NCBI GenBank assembly: GCA_965204745.1
Contig: OZ242010.1
Span: forward strand, 192,001 to 256,000
Reading direction: 5' to 3'
Source: Candidatus Latescibacterota bacterium
GTDB taxonomy: Bacteria > Latescibacterota > UBA2968
Length of the DNA stretch: 64,000 bases
The position numbers and the translations under genes are program-made. Positions 20,069 through 31,580 of the stretch are shown piece after piece. The number at the start of each line of letters is the position of its first letter. Positions within the stretch are counted from its first letter, which is position 1. The notes below the pieces were generated by a model, which was not told the DNA's origin, did not search any database, and worked only from the letters and a program-made list of their open reading frames with translations.

Positions 20069-20272
20069 ATGGACGACCGAATCTCCATCGATCCCAAAGT
20101 GTATCACGGTCAAGCATGCATTCGAGGAACGCGCCTTCCCGTGCATCAAATCCTCCGAATGCTCGCTAATGGGGATACTGTTGAAGACCTCCTTCGAGAA
20201 TATCCCTCTGTGACGTGGGAAGATATCCGCGCTTGCTTTGACTATGCAGCGTCATTGGCTGAAACCGCTTGA
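20069..20272 (+). CDS. DUF433 antitoxin
   Basis: RISIDPKVYHGQACIRGTRLPV...YPSVTWEDIRACFDYA. Confidence 0.9.
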   Translation: MDDRISIDPKVYHGQACIRGTRLPVHQILRMLANGDTVEDLLREYPSVTWEDIRACFDYAASLAETA

Positions 20273-20290
20273 TAGCCCCTTGGATGAGGT

Positions 20291-20653
20291 ATGAAAATCT
20301 TCGTCGACGAGCATATTCCCCTCATGACGGTCCAAGCCCTGCACCTGAGGGGGCATGATGTCCGTGATATTCGCGGTACCCCAAATGAAGGAATGCAAGA
20401 CGACGCATTGTGGGAAATGGCACAACGGGAAGCGCGTCTGTTGATTACGACTGACAAGGGCTTTATGCACTACCGCACAGTGTCGCACTATGGGGTGCTC
20501 ATCATCCTGCTACGACAACCGAACCGCCACGAGATTCACCAACGCATTATGCAAGCACTAGGACAGTTTGACGACGCGGAATGGCCCGATTTGCTGGTGG
20601 TCATGCGGGATATTGCCCAGCGTACATGGCACAGTACTACGCGCAGAAGTTGA
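20291..20653 (+). CDS. DUF5615 PIN-like toxin
   Basis: MKIFVDEHIP...GHDV...LLITTDKGF motifs. Confidence 0.88.
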   Translation: MKIFVDEHIPLMTVQALHLRGHDVRDIRGTPNEGMQDDALWEMAQREARLLITTDKGFMHYRTVSHYGVLIILLRQPNRHEIHQRIMQALGQFDDAEWPDLLVVMRDIAQRTWHSTTRRS

Positions 20654-20712
20654 AACGAATAGAGCGCGGGGAATGGCAACTGCACCACCGCCGCTTAAAA
20701 AAGGAAAACACT

Positions 20713-21516
20713 ATGCAACTGATAGAAATAGGGAGAAAGGACTGGGTCTTTCGAGATCCGACGATTACCGATGAGATCCAGCAAAAACTCGATCGAGCAT
20801 TGGATACCTGGGAAGCGGGTCAGGTTGAACGGGCAAAAAAAATGCTTCGCGCTATCATCGAGGAGTGTCCCAATCACATCGATGCGTGCCATCATTTATC
20901 GCTTATCTACGAGGAGCAAGGTAGAACATTGGAGGCTTACGTTTTCTGCCAAGCTGCCGTCAGCATCGGGTTGCAAGCGATTCCCGAGAAATTCAAATGG
21001 GAGCAATCAACAGTCACATGGGGTCTGTTGGATAATCGTCCATTCCTGAGAGCGTACCATAATCTTGGTTTGTGGCATTTCCATAACGATAGGTACGACG
21101 ATGCAATTGAGATTTTTGAGAGACTCCTATTTGTTAATCCAAACGACAATCAGGGAGTCAGATATCTGTTGCCGATCTGTTGGTTTGAAAAAGACGAATT
21201 ATCGGCAATTCTCGATCTCTGCCACCAATACTCGGATGATATTGGTCCCGCAATTCTCTACTCTGAGGCATTGGCACTTGCACTCCTTGGGCGAGGCGAG
21301 GAGGCGCGAGCGGCGCTGAAGAATTGTGTTCTTAAACTGCCGTTGGTCGGCAAGGAGCTTTTGAAGAAGCGACATCCCAAGCCGAAATTCCGAATAGAGG
21401 GTTATATTACTCATGGAGACCATGCTCAAGCCTATGAATATTGGAGAGATTTCGGCAAATACTGGTCAGATTCGGAATCCGCGATGAAACTTTTGAGACG
21501 GGCAATGAAACGATGA
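20713..21516 (+). CDS. TPR-containing protein
   Basis: WGLLDNRPFLRA and NPNDNQGVRYLL motifs; helical repeats; AAGGA RBS. Confidence 0.75.
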   Translation: MQLIEIGRKDWVFRDPTITDEIQQKLDRALDTWEAGQVERAKKMLRAIIEECPNHIDACHHLSLIYEEQGRTLEAYVFCQAAVSIGLQAIPEKFKWEQSTVTWGLLDNRPFLRAYHNLGLWHFHNDRYDDAIEIFERLLFVNPNDNQGVRYLLPICWFEKDELSAILDLCHQYSDDIGPAILYSEALALALLGRGEEARAALKNCVLKLPLVGKELLKKRHPKPKFRIEGYITHGDHAQAYEYWRDFGKYWSDSESAMKLLRRAMKR

Positions 21517-21594
21517 ATCGCACGGGTGAAAGCATCCTCGCAAAACCATCGCCATGTGCGGCACGGTCATCGCTTTCTTCGTCGCGCCAAAACC

Positions 21595-21626
21595 AAAACC
21601 CGACCACCTGAGTGGCCGGGTTTTTT
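21595..21626 (+). terminator. Rho-independent terminator
   Basis: AAAACCCGACCAC-loop-GTGGCCGGGTTTTTT. Confidence 0.65.
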
Positions 21627-21653
21627 GGATGATTCTCGATCTCTCTCTCGTGA

Positions 21654-21860
21654 ATACCAAATTGAATTGCTGTTGTCCTACTATACTGGAACACGTCAAC
21701 GAGTCACTGCTTCGGACAGGCACGGGGGCCTGTCTCTACGGGTGATGGCGGCGGGAGATGCAAAGGACATAGCGGAGTGGGAACGATGAAGCGGCGGCAG
21801 GGCGGTGTGGGGTAATCCGTGCAATCCCCTAATCCGCGAAAATCCGCGATTCAGACACGG
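21654..21860. repeat. Composite repeat cluster (MITE end + GTAG-type REP hairpin + AATCCG-rich element)
   Basis: 21654-21740 is repeated at 26134-26218; 21758-21860 is repeated at about 30420-30520 and 51992-52040, and inverted near 24560 and 26000. Confidence 0.8.
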
Positions 21861-21949
21861 CGGGGTGGGGAAGGGACGGGAACGCACGGGCGGGGGGTAA
21901 GGACGAAGCAGTGGATCGACTTGGCGGTGAAAAAATCGGGAGATGAGCC

Positions 21950-22744
21950 ATGGTCGCTGCGGCACACAAACACCTCAAAACGGTCGTCATGGTCGCCACG
22001 CGCTCGTTGGACGACAAGGGGTGGGTCATCGTTGGGGGATATGGGTTGCGCTTGTTGCGCGTGGTGTTCCTGCTTTCCCTGTGGCGCGTCTTGTTGCCCG
22101 AAACCGGTGAAGTCTCGGGCCTGACGCGCGATGCCGTGCTGACTTATACCCTCATTGCCGAAGTCTTTGCCGGGCAAATCTCCGTTCGCACGGGCCTCGA
22201 TGGCGCGCTTTGGCACGGGGATATCGCCAATCGCTTCTTGCGCCCGGTGGGCATCTACGGGCAATTCATCGCAGAGATGGTCGGCGCGGGCCTGCCCAAT
22301 CTGGTCATGTTCTCATTGCCCCTCTTTTGCCTGGCCCCGCTGTTGGGCGTCGATCCATTTCCGGAACATGCGATAGCCGGCGGTTTGTTTTTCGTCAGCC
22401 TGATTTTGGGCATTGCCATCGGCGCGGCATTTGACTTCATTTTTGCGAGCCTCATGGTTTTGTTAGAGCAAAGCGTTTACGCGCTGATGCAAATTCGAGA
22501 TGCGGTCAGCGTCTTGTTGTCCGGCGCGATCATTCCCCTCGCGCTGATGCCCTGGGGGGTTGGCGATATCCTCACTTACTTGCCCTTTGCGTCGCTGGCC
22601 TCTGCGCCCCTGCGGATTTACACGGGCACGGGCGATCCCGCGTTCCTCATCGGCCTTCAGGCCGTTTGGGCGGTCATCCTGTGGCCCGTTGCCCACCATT
22701 TCTGGAACGCCAATCGAGAACGCTTGGTCTCGCACGGAGGATAG
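21950..22744 (+). CDS. ABC-2 family permease (DUF990 type)
   Basis: GDIANRFLRP, LLSGAIIPL and terminal VSHGG; paralog of 3401-4216. Confidence 0.85.
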   Translation: MVAAAHKHLKTVVMVATRSLDDKGWVIVGGYGLRLLRVVFLLSLWRVLLPETGEVSGLTRDAVLTYTLIAEVFAGQISVRTGLDGALWHGDIANRFLRPVGIYGQFIAEMVGAGLPNLVMFSLPLFCLAPLLGVDPFPEHAIAGGLFFVSLILGIAIGAAFDFIFASLMVLLEQSVYALMQIRDAVSVLLSGAIIPLALMPWGVGDILTYLPFASLASAPLRIYTGTGDPAFLIGLQAVWAVILWPVAHHFWNANRERLVSHGG

Positions 22745-22748
22745 CGCG

Positions 22749-23579
22749 GTGAACACCTTGACCCAACTGATCGCCCGTTGGCGCGTGCAGGCGTATTTGG
22801 ACTTCATGTGGATGACGCGGGATTTTCGGTTCTTTCTGATCAACATCGTCTCGGACATCATTCTCAACCTCGCGGGGGTGATGGCGGTCTTTCTCTTGAC
22901 CGAACGCTTTGAGGGCATCGGCGCGTGGTCGCGCGATCAAATCGTCTTCATGCTCGGGTACGCGGCCTTGGTGCGCGGCCTGCTGGACGTGGGATTCAGC
23001 TACAACGTCCTCCACATCAGCCGCCGCATTGGCCGCGGGCAGATCGACCACCTCCTCGTGCAACCGCAACCCCTGTGGATGGGTCTTCTGACCGAGGGAT
23101 TTATGCCGTTCTCCGGATCGTGGTCTTTGCTCACCGGCATCGGCATTATGGCTTGGGCCATCCACCAACTCGGCATGGCGTCGACCACGTACTGGTTCGC
23201 GTTCGCCTGCAATCTCGCGGCCTCCTGCGCGATAGTGCTCGCATTCTCTTTTGCCTGGGGCAGTTTGGCATTTTGGGCGCCGGTCGCCGCCGAAGAAATC
23301 AGCAGCCGCGCGGTCAATTTTATGTACCAACTCAAATCGTTTCCCCTCGATGGTTTAAGCGCGTTTGTGCTCGCCAACATGCTCGCGGTCTTGCCAGTCG
23401 GGTTTGTCGCGTGGTATCCCTGCCGGCAATTGCTCGGCATCGCCCCGCCGAACCTGTGGCACACCCCGCTCGTCGCCATCGCCTTCTCGCTCATCGCGTG
23501 GGTCGCGTTCAAAAAAGGCATGCAACACTATGAACAAACCGGATCACAACGCTACCTCGGCTGGGGCCATCGCAGTTAA
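22749..23579 (+). CDS. ABC-2 family permease (DUF990 type)
   Basis: GQIDHLLVQP and HYEQTGS; paralog of 4219-5022. Confidence 0.85.
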   Translation: MNTLTQLIARWRVQAYLDFMWMTRDFRFFLINIVSDIILNLAGVMAVFLLTERFEGIGAWSRDQIVFMLGYAALVRGLLDVGFSYNVLHISRRIGRGQIDHLLVQPQPLWMGLLTEGFMPFSGSWSLLTGIGIMAWAIHQLGMASTTYWFAFACNLAASCAIVLAFSFAWGSLAFWAPVAAEEISSRAVNFMYQLKSFPLDGLSAFVLANMLAVLPVGFVAWYPCRQLLGIAPPNLWHTPLVAIAFSLIAWVAFKKGMQHYEQTGSQRYLGWGHRS

Positions 23580-24549
23580 ACTCCGCAAGGTCGATAAAAT
23601 TTTCTACCAACGCCAGCGGTCCGAAAAAATCCAAGACGTGTTCAAAAACCTGTTTCGCCCGAACATCCGGAAAATTCGCGCCTTGCAACAGGTCGATCTC
23701 AGCATTCGCCGAGGCGAAATCGTGGCGTATGCCGGCCCCAATGGCGCGGGCAAATCCACCACTGTCAAGTTGCTCTCCAGCGTTTTGGCCCCCACAGCCG
23801 GCAGCGTGGAATGCTTGGGCATGGATCCCATGAAAGACCGCGTGCAGTACGTCAAGCGCATCGGCGTGGTGTTTGGGCAGCGCACTGAATTGTGGTGGGA
23901 CCAACCCGTGGTCGCCAGCTTTGAGTGGAAGCGCGTGGTGTGGGAGATTCCCCGCAACCGGTATGACGCCATGCTCGGCTTTGTCAAAGACCTGCTCGGC
24001 ATCGACGAATTTTTCAACGCCCTGGCGCGGCAACTCAGCCTGGGACAAAAAATGCGCGCAGACCTCGCCCTGATGCTCATGCACGAACCGGAAATCCTCT
24101 TTTTGGACGAACCCACCATCGGCGTTGACGTGCTCGCCAAACGCAACATCCTCAACTTCATCAAAAACCTCAACCGGGAAAAAGGCGTCACAGTCCTGCT
24201 CACCAGCCACGACATGGACGAACTCGAGCAACTCGCCGGGCGCATCGTCATGATCGACAAGGGCCGCATCGCGTATGACGGGGATTTTCGACACCTGCGC
24301 CGGCAATTTGGCGACCACCGCCACCTCACCATTGAAACCGCGAGCGCGGACCCGCCAAAACTATCGGGCGTTCGATTCATCCGCAGCGAAGGCAACCGCC
24401 ACCACTTCACGTTCGACGCCGCGCAAACGCCCATTCCCACCCTGCTCGACCAAGTGCAAACTCCGATCCGAGATATCGAAACCCACCGCGCACCCATTGA
24501 CGACGTGATCGCAGATATGTACGAACACTGGGATGCAAGGGATCAGTAG
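23530..24549 (+). CDS. ABC transporter ATP-binding protein
   Basis: GPNGAGKST, LSLGQ and LFLDEPT motifs. Confidence 0.92.
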   Translation: MNKPDHNATSAGAIAVKLRKVDKIFYQRQRSEKIQDVFKNLFRPNIRKIRALQQVDLSIRRGEIVAYAGPNGAGKSTTVKLLSSVLAPTAGSVECLGMDPMKDRVQYVKRIGVVFGQRTELWWDQPVVASFEWKRVVWEIPRNRYDAMLGFVKDLLGIDEFFNALARQLSLGQKMRADLALMLMHEPEILFLDEPTIGVDVLAKRNILNFIKNLNREKGVTVLLTSHDMDELEQLAGRIVMIDKGRIAYDGDFRHLRRQFGDHRHLTIETASADPPKLSGVRFIRSEGNRHHFTFDAAQTPIPTLLDQVQTPIRDIETHRAPIDDVIADMYEHWDARDQ

Positions 24550-24692
24550 TCAGTCCATTGTCTGAATCGCGGATTAAACGGATTGCGCGGATTGCACGGA
24601 TTACCGCGCCGCCGCCCGTGCGTGCCCATCCCGTCCTACCGCAAGCCCTATCCCCAAGTAAGAGGCAAGAAGTAAGATACTCTCTTAAAAGG

Positions 24693-25700
24693 TCAAGGGG
24701 TTTTCGGGGTGATTCGATAGAATTTCTCGCCCTCAAAATCTTGGTCATGCCGCAACATGCCCCAGATCGCATGGAGCAATTTTCGCATCACCGCAACGAT
24801 AGCCTGCAAAGGTTTCTTGCCCCTGGCGATGAGTTTGTCATAAAAGGCTTTGACATGGACTTCGTGCCTGCAGGCCACCCAAGCAGGCATGTAGAGGGCA
24901 TGGCGGAGATATTTATTTCCGGTTTTCGAGATGCGTCTTTGTGGATTGGCAGTCCCGGATTGTTTGGGTTTGGGATCCAGGCCTGCATGAGCGACCCATT
25001 GGGGCGGTTCCATCCCGTCTGGCAAGGAGGCCAGCTCGGCCAAGAGCCGCAAGGCACTCGTTTGGGCGATACCGGGCACCGAGCAGAGGTGCTGGTAGGC
25101 ACGCTTTTGGGGCTCGTCCTGCAAAACGAGTTTGAGGGCTTGGTCTTCCAAGTAGGCAATGCGGCGTTTGAGGTGTCGAATATTCACCTGAATATCGCGT
25201 GTGATGAGGCGGGCACGCTTGACGGGGTAGTCCTGCGCGTGGTGCCGGTTCTGTTCGCGGCTGACCTCCTGTTTGAGTTGGTCAATGCGTCTGGTCAGCG
25301 TTTGCAGTTGCAGGACGTGCTCGCTCGGCACTTGCCAAGGCACAAAGGGCATGCGCTCGGCATCATCGAGGATCAACAACGCATCCTTCGCATCTGTCTT
25401 TGCCCGTTGCATGCAGGCTTGAGCGTACTTGCTCATCGCTTTGGGATTGACGACCATGACCTGCGTGCAGCGATGCTGATGCAAGGCCAAGGCCACCCCC
25501 AAGCTATAACGCCCGGTCGCTTCGAGACAGACCGAGACCATGCGCCCGCCCTTGGTGAGCCACTTCAACAGGTGCTTGTGCGCCCGAGGCGCGTTGTCAA
25601 AGGTGGCTTGCATGACCCCTTGTCCGGGTCTGGACAGGGCAACGGACAACGTGTGGGCACTGACATCAATGCCGGCAAAAGCGGGTTGAGTGTTCGACAT
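24693..25700 (-). CDS. IS110 DEDD recombinase (335 aa), diverged paralog of copy 1
   Basis: Same DEDD and QSG motifs as copy 1; intact ORF. Confidence 0.95.
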   Translation of the reverse strand: MSNTQPAFAGIDVSAHTLSVALSRPGQGVMQATFDNAPRAHKHLLKWLTKGGRMVSVCLEATGRYSLGVALALHQHRCTQVMVVNPKAMSKYAQACMQRAKTDAKDALLILDDAERMPFVPWQVPSEHVLQLQTLTRRIDQLKQEVSREQNRHHAQDYPVKRARLITRDIQVNIRHLKRRIAYLEDQALKLVLQDEPQKRAYQHLCSVPGIAQTSALRLLAELASLPDGMEPPQWVAHAGLDPKPKQSGTANPQRRISKTGNKYLRHALYMPAWVACRHEVHVKAFYDKLIARGKKPLQAIVAVMRKLLHAIWGMLRHDQDFEGEKFYRITPKTP

Positions 25701-25713
25701 CGGGGCCTCCTGT

Positions 25714-25955
25714 GATGAGGGGTTTGTAAGGGATCTGGTGTGCGCTCGGGTTCGCGTCCCGACTGTTTGCCCAGTCTACCGGTCTTGTATATGCAGCCTC
25801 GATGGACTTAGATACTCTTCGGTATCAACTCGGCGGTCGGGGGGCCTATCTTACTTACAAGGTCATAGCCTTCAAGAGGCACCGGCCTTCCCCGAGCAGG
25901 GCATCAAGATGGCGTGTCTCGATGCGAGGGCGCAACACCTAAATTAACCCTTTCT
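25714..25955 (-). ncRNA. Predicted bridge RNA of IS110 copy 2 (limits approximate)
   Basis: Target guides at 25849-25856 and 25874-25881; donor guides at 25783-25790 and 25810-25818. Confidence 0.85.
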
Positions 25956-26132
25956 GACAACATACAAGAGGTAAGATCCACCCACCGCCCCGCCGTGTCT
26001 GAATCGCGGATTTGCGCGGATTAGGAGATTGCGCGGATTACCCCTCTCCGCCCGTGCGTGCCCGTCCGCACTACCTCTCCACCCGTGCGTGCCCAGCCCA
26101 TCTCCGCCCTGCCATGTGCGTTAGCCCCATCT

Positions 26133-26283
26133 TATACCAAATTGAATTGCTGTTGTCCTATATACTGGAACACTTCAACTATCACTGCTTCGGACAGGCA
26201 CGGGGGCCTGTCCCTACGATACGCCTGTGCGCGCTTTTGTCGTGTATTAGAAAAATTAGGACAACGAAAAATCACATTGGTAT
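26133..26283. repeat. Short MITE-like element with ATACCAA/TTGGTAT ends and an internal REP-like hairpin
   Basis: Terminal inverted repeats; internal GGACAGGCACGGGGGCCTGTCCCTAC. Confidence 0.6.
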
Positions 26284-26567
26284 TATATCCTGCGGTTGGG
26301 GATTGCGCGGTTACTCCCCACCATCCTACCGCCGCTTCATCGTTCTCCTGGCTATGTCCTTCGCATCCCCTGCCACAAGCAGTGGTCAGCGGCTTTGGGA
26401 ACATCGCCCGCCATTGCCCTCTGTACGCACAAGCCCTCGCAACAGGCTCCTACCTTCAGGGGCCGTTGCGAGGGCTTGTGTCGTTATCGGCTCTTTCTTT
26501 GCACCAACCGGTTAGGGAAGCGCGTCAATCCTGTAATCGTCGCCCACCCTACTCCCTCTAAATCCGT

Positions 26568-26750
26568 TCAAATTGAAGTTGCGACCAATGCAAAACCTGC
26601 CGCTACCAAGACGATTTCGATTTTGACATGGGCGACGCCCTCGTCGACCATATCCAACTTTTTCGCCGCGCCCAACGACAGGTCAAGGATGCGCCAGCCG
26701 ACGAATGGCCCGCGGTCATTGACCTTCACCACAACGGATTTGCCATCTTC
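26568..26750 (-). pseudogene. RlpA (DPBB) C-terminal fragment
   Basis: GKSVVVKVNDRGPF...RILDLSLGAAKKL; the N-terminal half is absent. Confidence 0.7.
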
Positions 26751-26775
26751 GCGCCTCTTCGCGGCGGCCGCGGTC

Positions 26776-27882
26776 TCAAGGTTGCAAGTCGTCGAGCCAG
26801 CGGGCGACAAGTTGGCTGCCTTTTTGAATTTCGGCAATGGCTTCTCGGTCGGGTTGTTCGCGTTCGTCGATCAGCCCTTTTCGCCGGAAGCGGTTGCGAA
26901 CATAACCCCCGCAAAGATGCGCGCCGATAGCGCCGGGATTTTTGAGCAGATCGCAGAGGGCATCGACATACCATTTGCCATCCGCGAGGTAGTACTCCCC
27001 ATCGAGATACTTTCCGCTGTCATCCGCGATGGTTGCCCGCGGGCGAGAGCCATCTGCCCACAAAACCGCCTTGCCCGTGGTCGCATACCAGTCGCGCAGG
27101 TGTTCGACCGGGTTTGAGAAGTCCTGAAAGCTGAGGACATCAACGTAGGGATCGGCGGCTTGGACAATCTCTATCGGGAGGGGTGCATTGGCTTCGTAGC
27201 GGTCGCCGAGGATCAAGTGGTGGGGATCGTAGCGGCGAATCGCGTCGTGCGTGACTCGGTAGTAGCGCGACGCCATCTCGAACAGGTCGGATCGCCCGGC
27301 TTTTGACGAGAGTCGCTCGGGGTCGAACATGGGGCCGCGCCAGGCATTGGGCGGCCGGACGTGAACCCAGGTCGGGCAGTCCGAGTAAAAATAGCCGATC
27401 AAATTCGGTTCATTTCTCAAGCGCGAGCATTGGGATCGCGCGACATAATCGCACCAGTCCTCAAAATCCTCGCTGAAGATATCGGGATTGGCGTGCCATT
27501 GGTTCCACTGATGGGTTTCGATGAACGGGAGCAGGTGGCAGTAGGGCAACGATAGGGCGCGGTATTCCTCCAGCGAGAAGCTCGGGGTGTGCGCGTGGTG
27601 CTTGATGCTCACGTCCTGCACCCAGCCGACGGTGTTAAACCCCCACGATTTCAGGTTGGGCGACACGGATTCGCGGATCCACTTGTGGCTATCATTGCCG
27701 TATTTTTGTTCCCAGCGCGGCAGGTTTTCCGGGTAATGCAATGGGGAAGAATCGATGTGGTTTAGCCCGACCGAGAAAAATGGCTCCCGATCTGGCGTGA
27801 GGAGAATCCAGTGCCCGCCGCGTTTGGCGAGGGTGAAGAACCCTTTGGACGATGTCTGCGTTGTTTGGATCGCGTTGGACAT
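26776..27882 (-). CDS. Agarase-like glycoside hydrolase (TIM barrel)
   Basis: PFFSVGLNH, LKSWGFNTVG, LIGYF and IRRYDPHHLILGDR resemble GH50-like catalytic domains. Confidence 0.65.
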   Translation of the reverse strand: MSNAIQTTQTSSKGFFTLAKRGGHWILLTPDREPFFSVGLNHIDSSPLHYPENLPRWEQKYGNDSHKWIRESVSPNLKSWGFNTVGWVQDVSIKHHAHTPSFSLEEYRALSLPYCHLLPFIETHQWNQWHANPDIFSEDFEDWCDYVARSQCSRLRNEPNLIGYFYSDCPTWVHVRPPNAWRGPMFDPERLSSKAGRSDLFEMASRYYRVTHDAIRRYDPHHLILGDRYEANAPLPIEIVQAADPYVDVLSFQDFSNPVEHLRDWYATTGKAVLWADGSRPRATIADDSGKYLDGEYYLADGKWYVDALCDLLKNPGAIGAHLCGGYVRNRFRRKGLIDEREQPDREAIAEIQKGSQLVARWLDDLQP

Positions 27883-27935
27883 GTTCTTTCCTTAGTCCTC
27901 AATGGGGACACCTGAGCAGATCCCGAAAAGCGAAG

Positions 27936-28484
27936 TCAGGCGTCCTCGCCCCGTTGCAAATTCGTTTCAAACGCCAGGGTATCGGCCACGGCTTTTATCG
28001 TGGTGGCGATGCGCGCGATGTCTGCGATTTGTCGGGCGTCTATGCCCAAGTTATTCAACTGCGACGCGTGGGCATTCACACACAGACCACACGCATTGAC
28101 CACGCTCGCCGAGAGGCTCCACGCCTCGAACAGGGCGCGGTCAACGCCGCCGTGGTTCAGCACGGCATTCATCCGCAATTTGGGCGGTTGTTTTTTGACC
28201 TCGGCGTCCCGAATGAGATCGGTGAACTTGTACCACACATTGGTCATGCTCATCATCGCTGCCGCGGATTTCACGGCTTTGAGCTGCGCCTCGTCCAGAA
28301 ATGCCTGCGCGTCTTCGGCAACATGCCCAATGACCCGCGCATTTTTCGACACCAGTGCCGCGGCGAGCGCGGACCCCCATGCCATTGCGGGGTCGAGGAG
28401 CGATGCCGACATGACCGATCCCAAATTCAGCCGCAGATCCCGTGCATAGTCGGGCATTTCGGACCGCAAAGTGTCTATACCCAT
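27936..28484 (-). CDS. ahpD: Alkyl hydroperoxide reductase AhpD
   Basis: PDYARDLRLNL, MSMTNVWY and NACGLCVNAH (CxxC). Confidence 0.88.
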   Translation of the reverse strand: MGIDTLRSEMPDYARDLRLNLGSVMSASLLDPAMAWGSALAAALVSKNARVIGHVAEDAQAFLDEAQLKAVKSAAAMMSMTNVWYKFTDLIRDAEVKKQPPKLRMNAVLNHGGVDRALFEAWSLSASVVNACGLCVNAHASQLNNLGIDARQIADIARIATTIKAVADTLAFETNLQRGEDA

Positions 28485-28568
28485 AACCATCTCCCTCCGC
28501 AAAAGCGCGAAGCGCAGAGAGCAAACCACGCCCTCTGCGCTCTTGTGTGGATCGTCGATGCAACGCCA

Positions 28569-30032
<1,464 letters not shown>

Positions 30033-30189
30033 GACAACGCTCCTTTTGAATGGGGTGAAAATTGGCGTGACCCGCGTAAAATAAAAAATTCGCGCCTTTT
30101 TACAAGTAAATTTTAAGCGCATGTGCTGAAATGTTTTTATTTTGTAGGACTACAGATGGGTGTCTTGCATCTTGTATCTTTGGGCATGG

Positions 30190-30403
30190 GACCTATCCCC
30201 CGGCCCCTTTCCTAACGAGGAAAGGGGAGTAAAGTTCCTTTGATGGCTTATATCTATGGCTACTCTAGTGGCATTGACCGAGGGCATAAAGCGATTAAAA
30301 ATCCCTCATCAATACCCTCGCAAAACCGCTCACAGTTCTCCCTTCCTCACAGGCACAGGCGTAGCCTACAACGAAGCGAGTAACGGTGGTTAGGGGGATA
30401 GGT
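30190..30403. repeat. MITE-like element, inverted copy of 12641-12859
   Basis: Direct comparison of the two sequences. Confidence 0.85.
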
Positions 30404-30556
30404 CTATAGGCGGCGGGGGATGCGAAGGACATAGCGGATGAGAACGATGAAGCGGTGGTGGGGATGTGGGGGGTAATCCGCGCAATCCCCTAATCCGTTT
30501 AATCCGCGATTCAGACACGGGCGGTTGGGTGGCTCTCGCCTCTTACTTCTCCTCTC

Positions 30557-31012
30557 TTACTTGGAGAGAGGGCTTGCAAGGATGTCTTTCAGCGAGTCAA
30601 ATCCGCCTTGGAAGACCCCGTTGCCGATAAAATCGACGAGTTCCTCTTCTTCGTCTGGTGGACAGGCAAATTCCGCGGTCCATTGGATGTACGTGCGATT
30701 GCCGTCTGTAATCGGGGTCAATCGCAAGGTCGCCACGTAGTTTTCAACGGCCATGGGCGATTCGAGGATGGAATACGTACACGTAAAGGTGGCGTCGCTC
30801 AGGGTGAGCAGTTGTTCGCGGATATTGCCACCATCTTTGAGATTGAAATTGCGGATGCAACCCACTTTGTCGCTGGGTTGGTCGCCTTCGATGTGGCTGT
30901 CTGCAATTGCGGGATGCCATTCGGGAAGGGCATTAAAATCGCGGATTTTCGCCCACACGTCGTCGATAGTTGCGTCGAGAACCGAACTGACAAAAACACT
31001 GGCCTTCGCCAT
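30557..31012 (-). CDS. SRPBCC/START-fold (MxaD-like) protein
   Basis: VWAKIRDFNALPEWHP and IREQLL motifs. Confidence 0.85.
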   Translation of the reverse strand: MAKASVFVSSVLDATIDDVWAKIRDFNALPEWHPAIADSHIEGDQPSDKVGCIRNFNLKDGGNIREQLLTLSDATFTCTYSILESPMAVENYVATLRLTPITDGNRTYIQWTAEFACPPDEEEELVDFIGNGVFQGGFDSLKDILASPLSK

Positions 31013-31032
31013 CTCATCCTCCTTTGCGTGCG

Positions 31033-31377
31033 TCACGGGCTATTTTGAATGACTTCGAGATGTTTCAAAATTTGCCACAAGATCGCAAGTGCGCCGATGA
31101 CACTGGTCACGATTAACCCGTTAAACCATCGCCTATCGGTTTTGAGTTCATTTTCCAAGCGGTGGATGTCGGCTTTCAACGCACCAAAACCCGCATCCAT
31201 GCGATCAATTAGCATTTCAAAACGATTGATGGATTGCGTCTCCACGCGGTCGATGTTCTTCTCGTTTTGTTCGGTTTTGGTTTCGACCACAACCACGCTT
31301 TTTTCCGCGTTCTGGATTCGCTGGTCTTGTTGGGCAACGGCTTTTTCAACCCGCGCCACCTTTTCATGATCGGTCAT
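31033..31377 (-). CDS. Coiled-coil protein with C-terminal membrane anchor
   Basis: Same architecture as 17780-18160; AGGAG RBS. Confidence 0.6.
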   Translation of the reverse strand: MTDHEKVARVEKAVAQQDQRIQNAEKSVVVVETKTEQNEKNIDRVETQSINRFEMLIDRMDAGFGALKADIHRLENELKTDRRWFNGLIVTSVIGALAILWQILKHLEVIQNSP

Positions 31378-31475
31378 GCCAAGTCTCCTTTCTCGGGTGG
31401 GTAAAGTGAGAAAAAAAGAATACGGCATTTGGGTTGCCGCGTCAAGGGGTGGAAGACGGTAGGGCGGTGGTCCGG

Positions 31476-31580
31476 TCTCACCTCTCGCCTCTCACCTCTC
31501 ACCTCTCGCTTCTCACCTCTCACCTCTCGCTTCTCACCTCTCACCTCTCGCCTCTCACCTCTCACCTCTCGCCTCTCACT
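31476..31580 (-). repeat. Degenerate heptamer array (GTGAGAG/GCGAGAG/GTGAGAA on the minus strand)
   Basis: About 15 units; overlaps the phoR stop codon. Confidence 0.95.

Larger units (their letters stand above)
24674..25969 (-). mobile_element. IS110-family element copy 2, inserted in a purine-rich heptamer repeat
   Basis: AAGA core at both junctions; flanks GTAAGAG GCAAGAA GTAAGA / AAGAG GTAAGAT. Confidence 0.92.
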
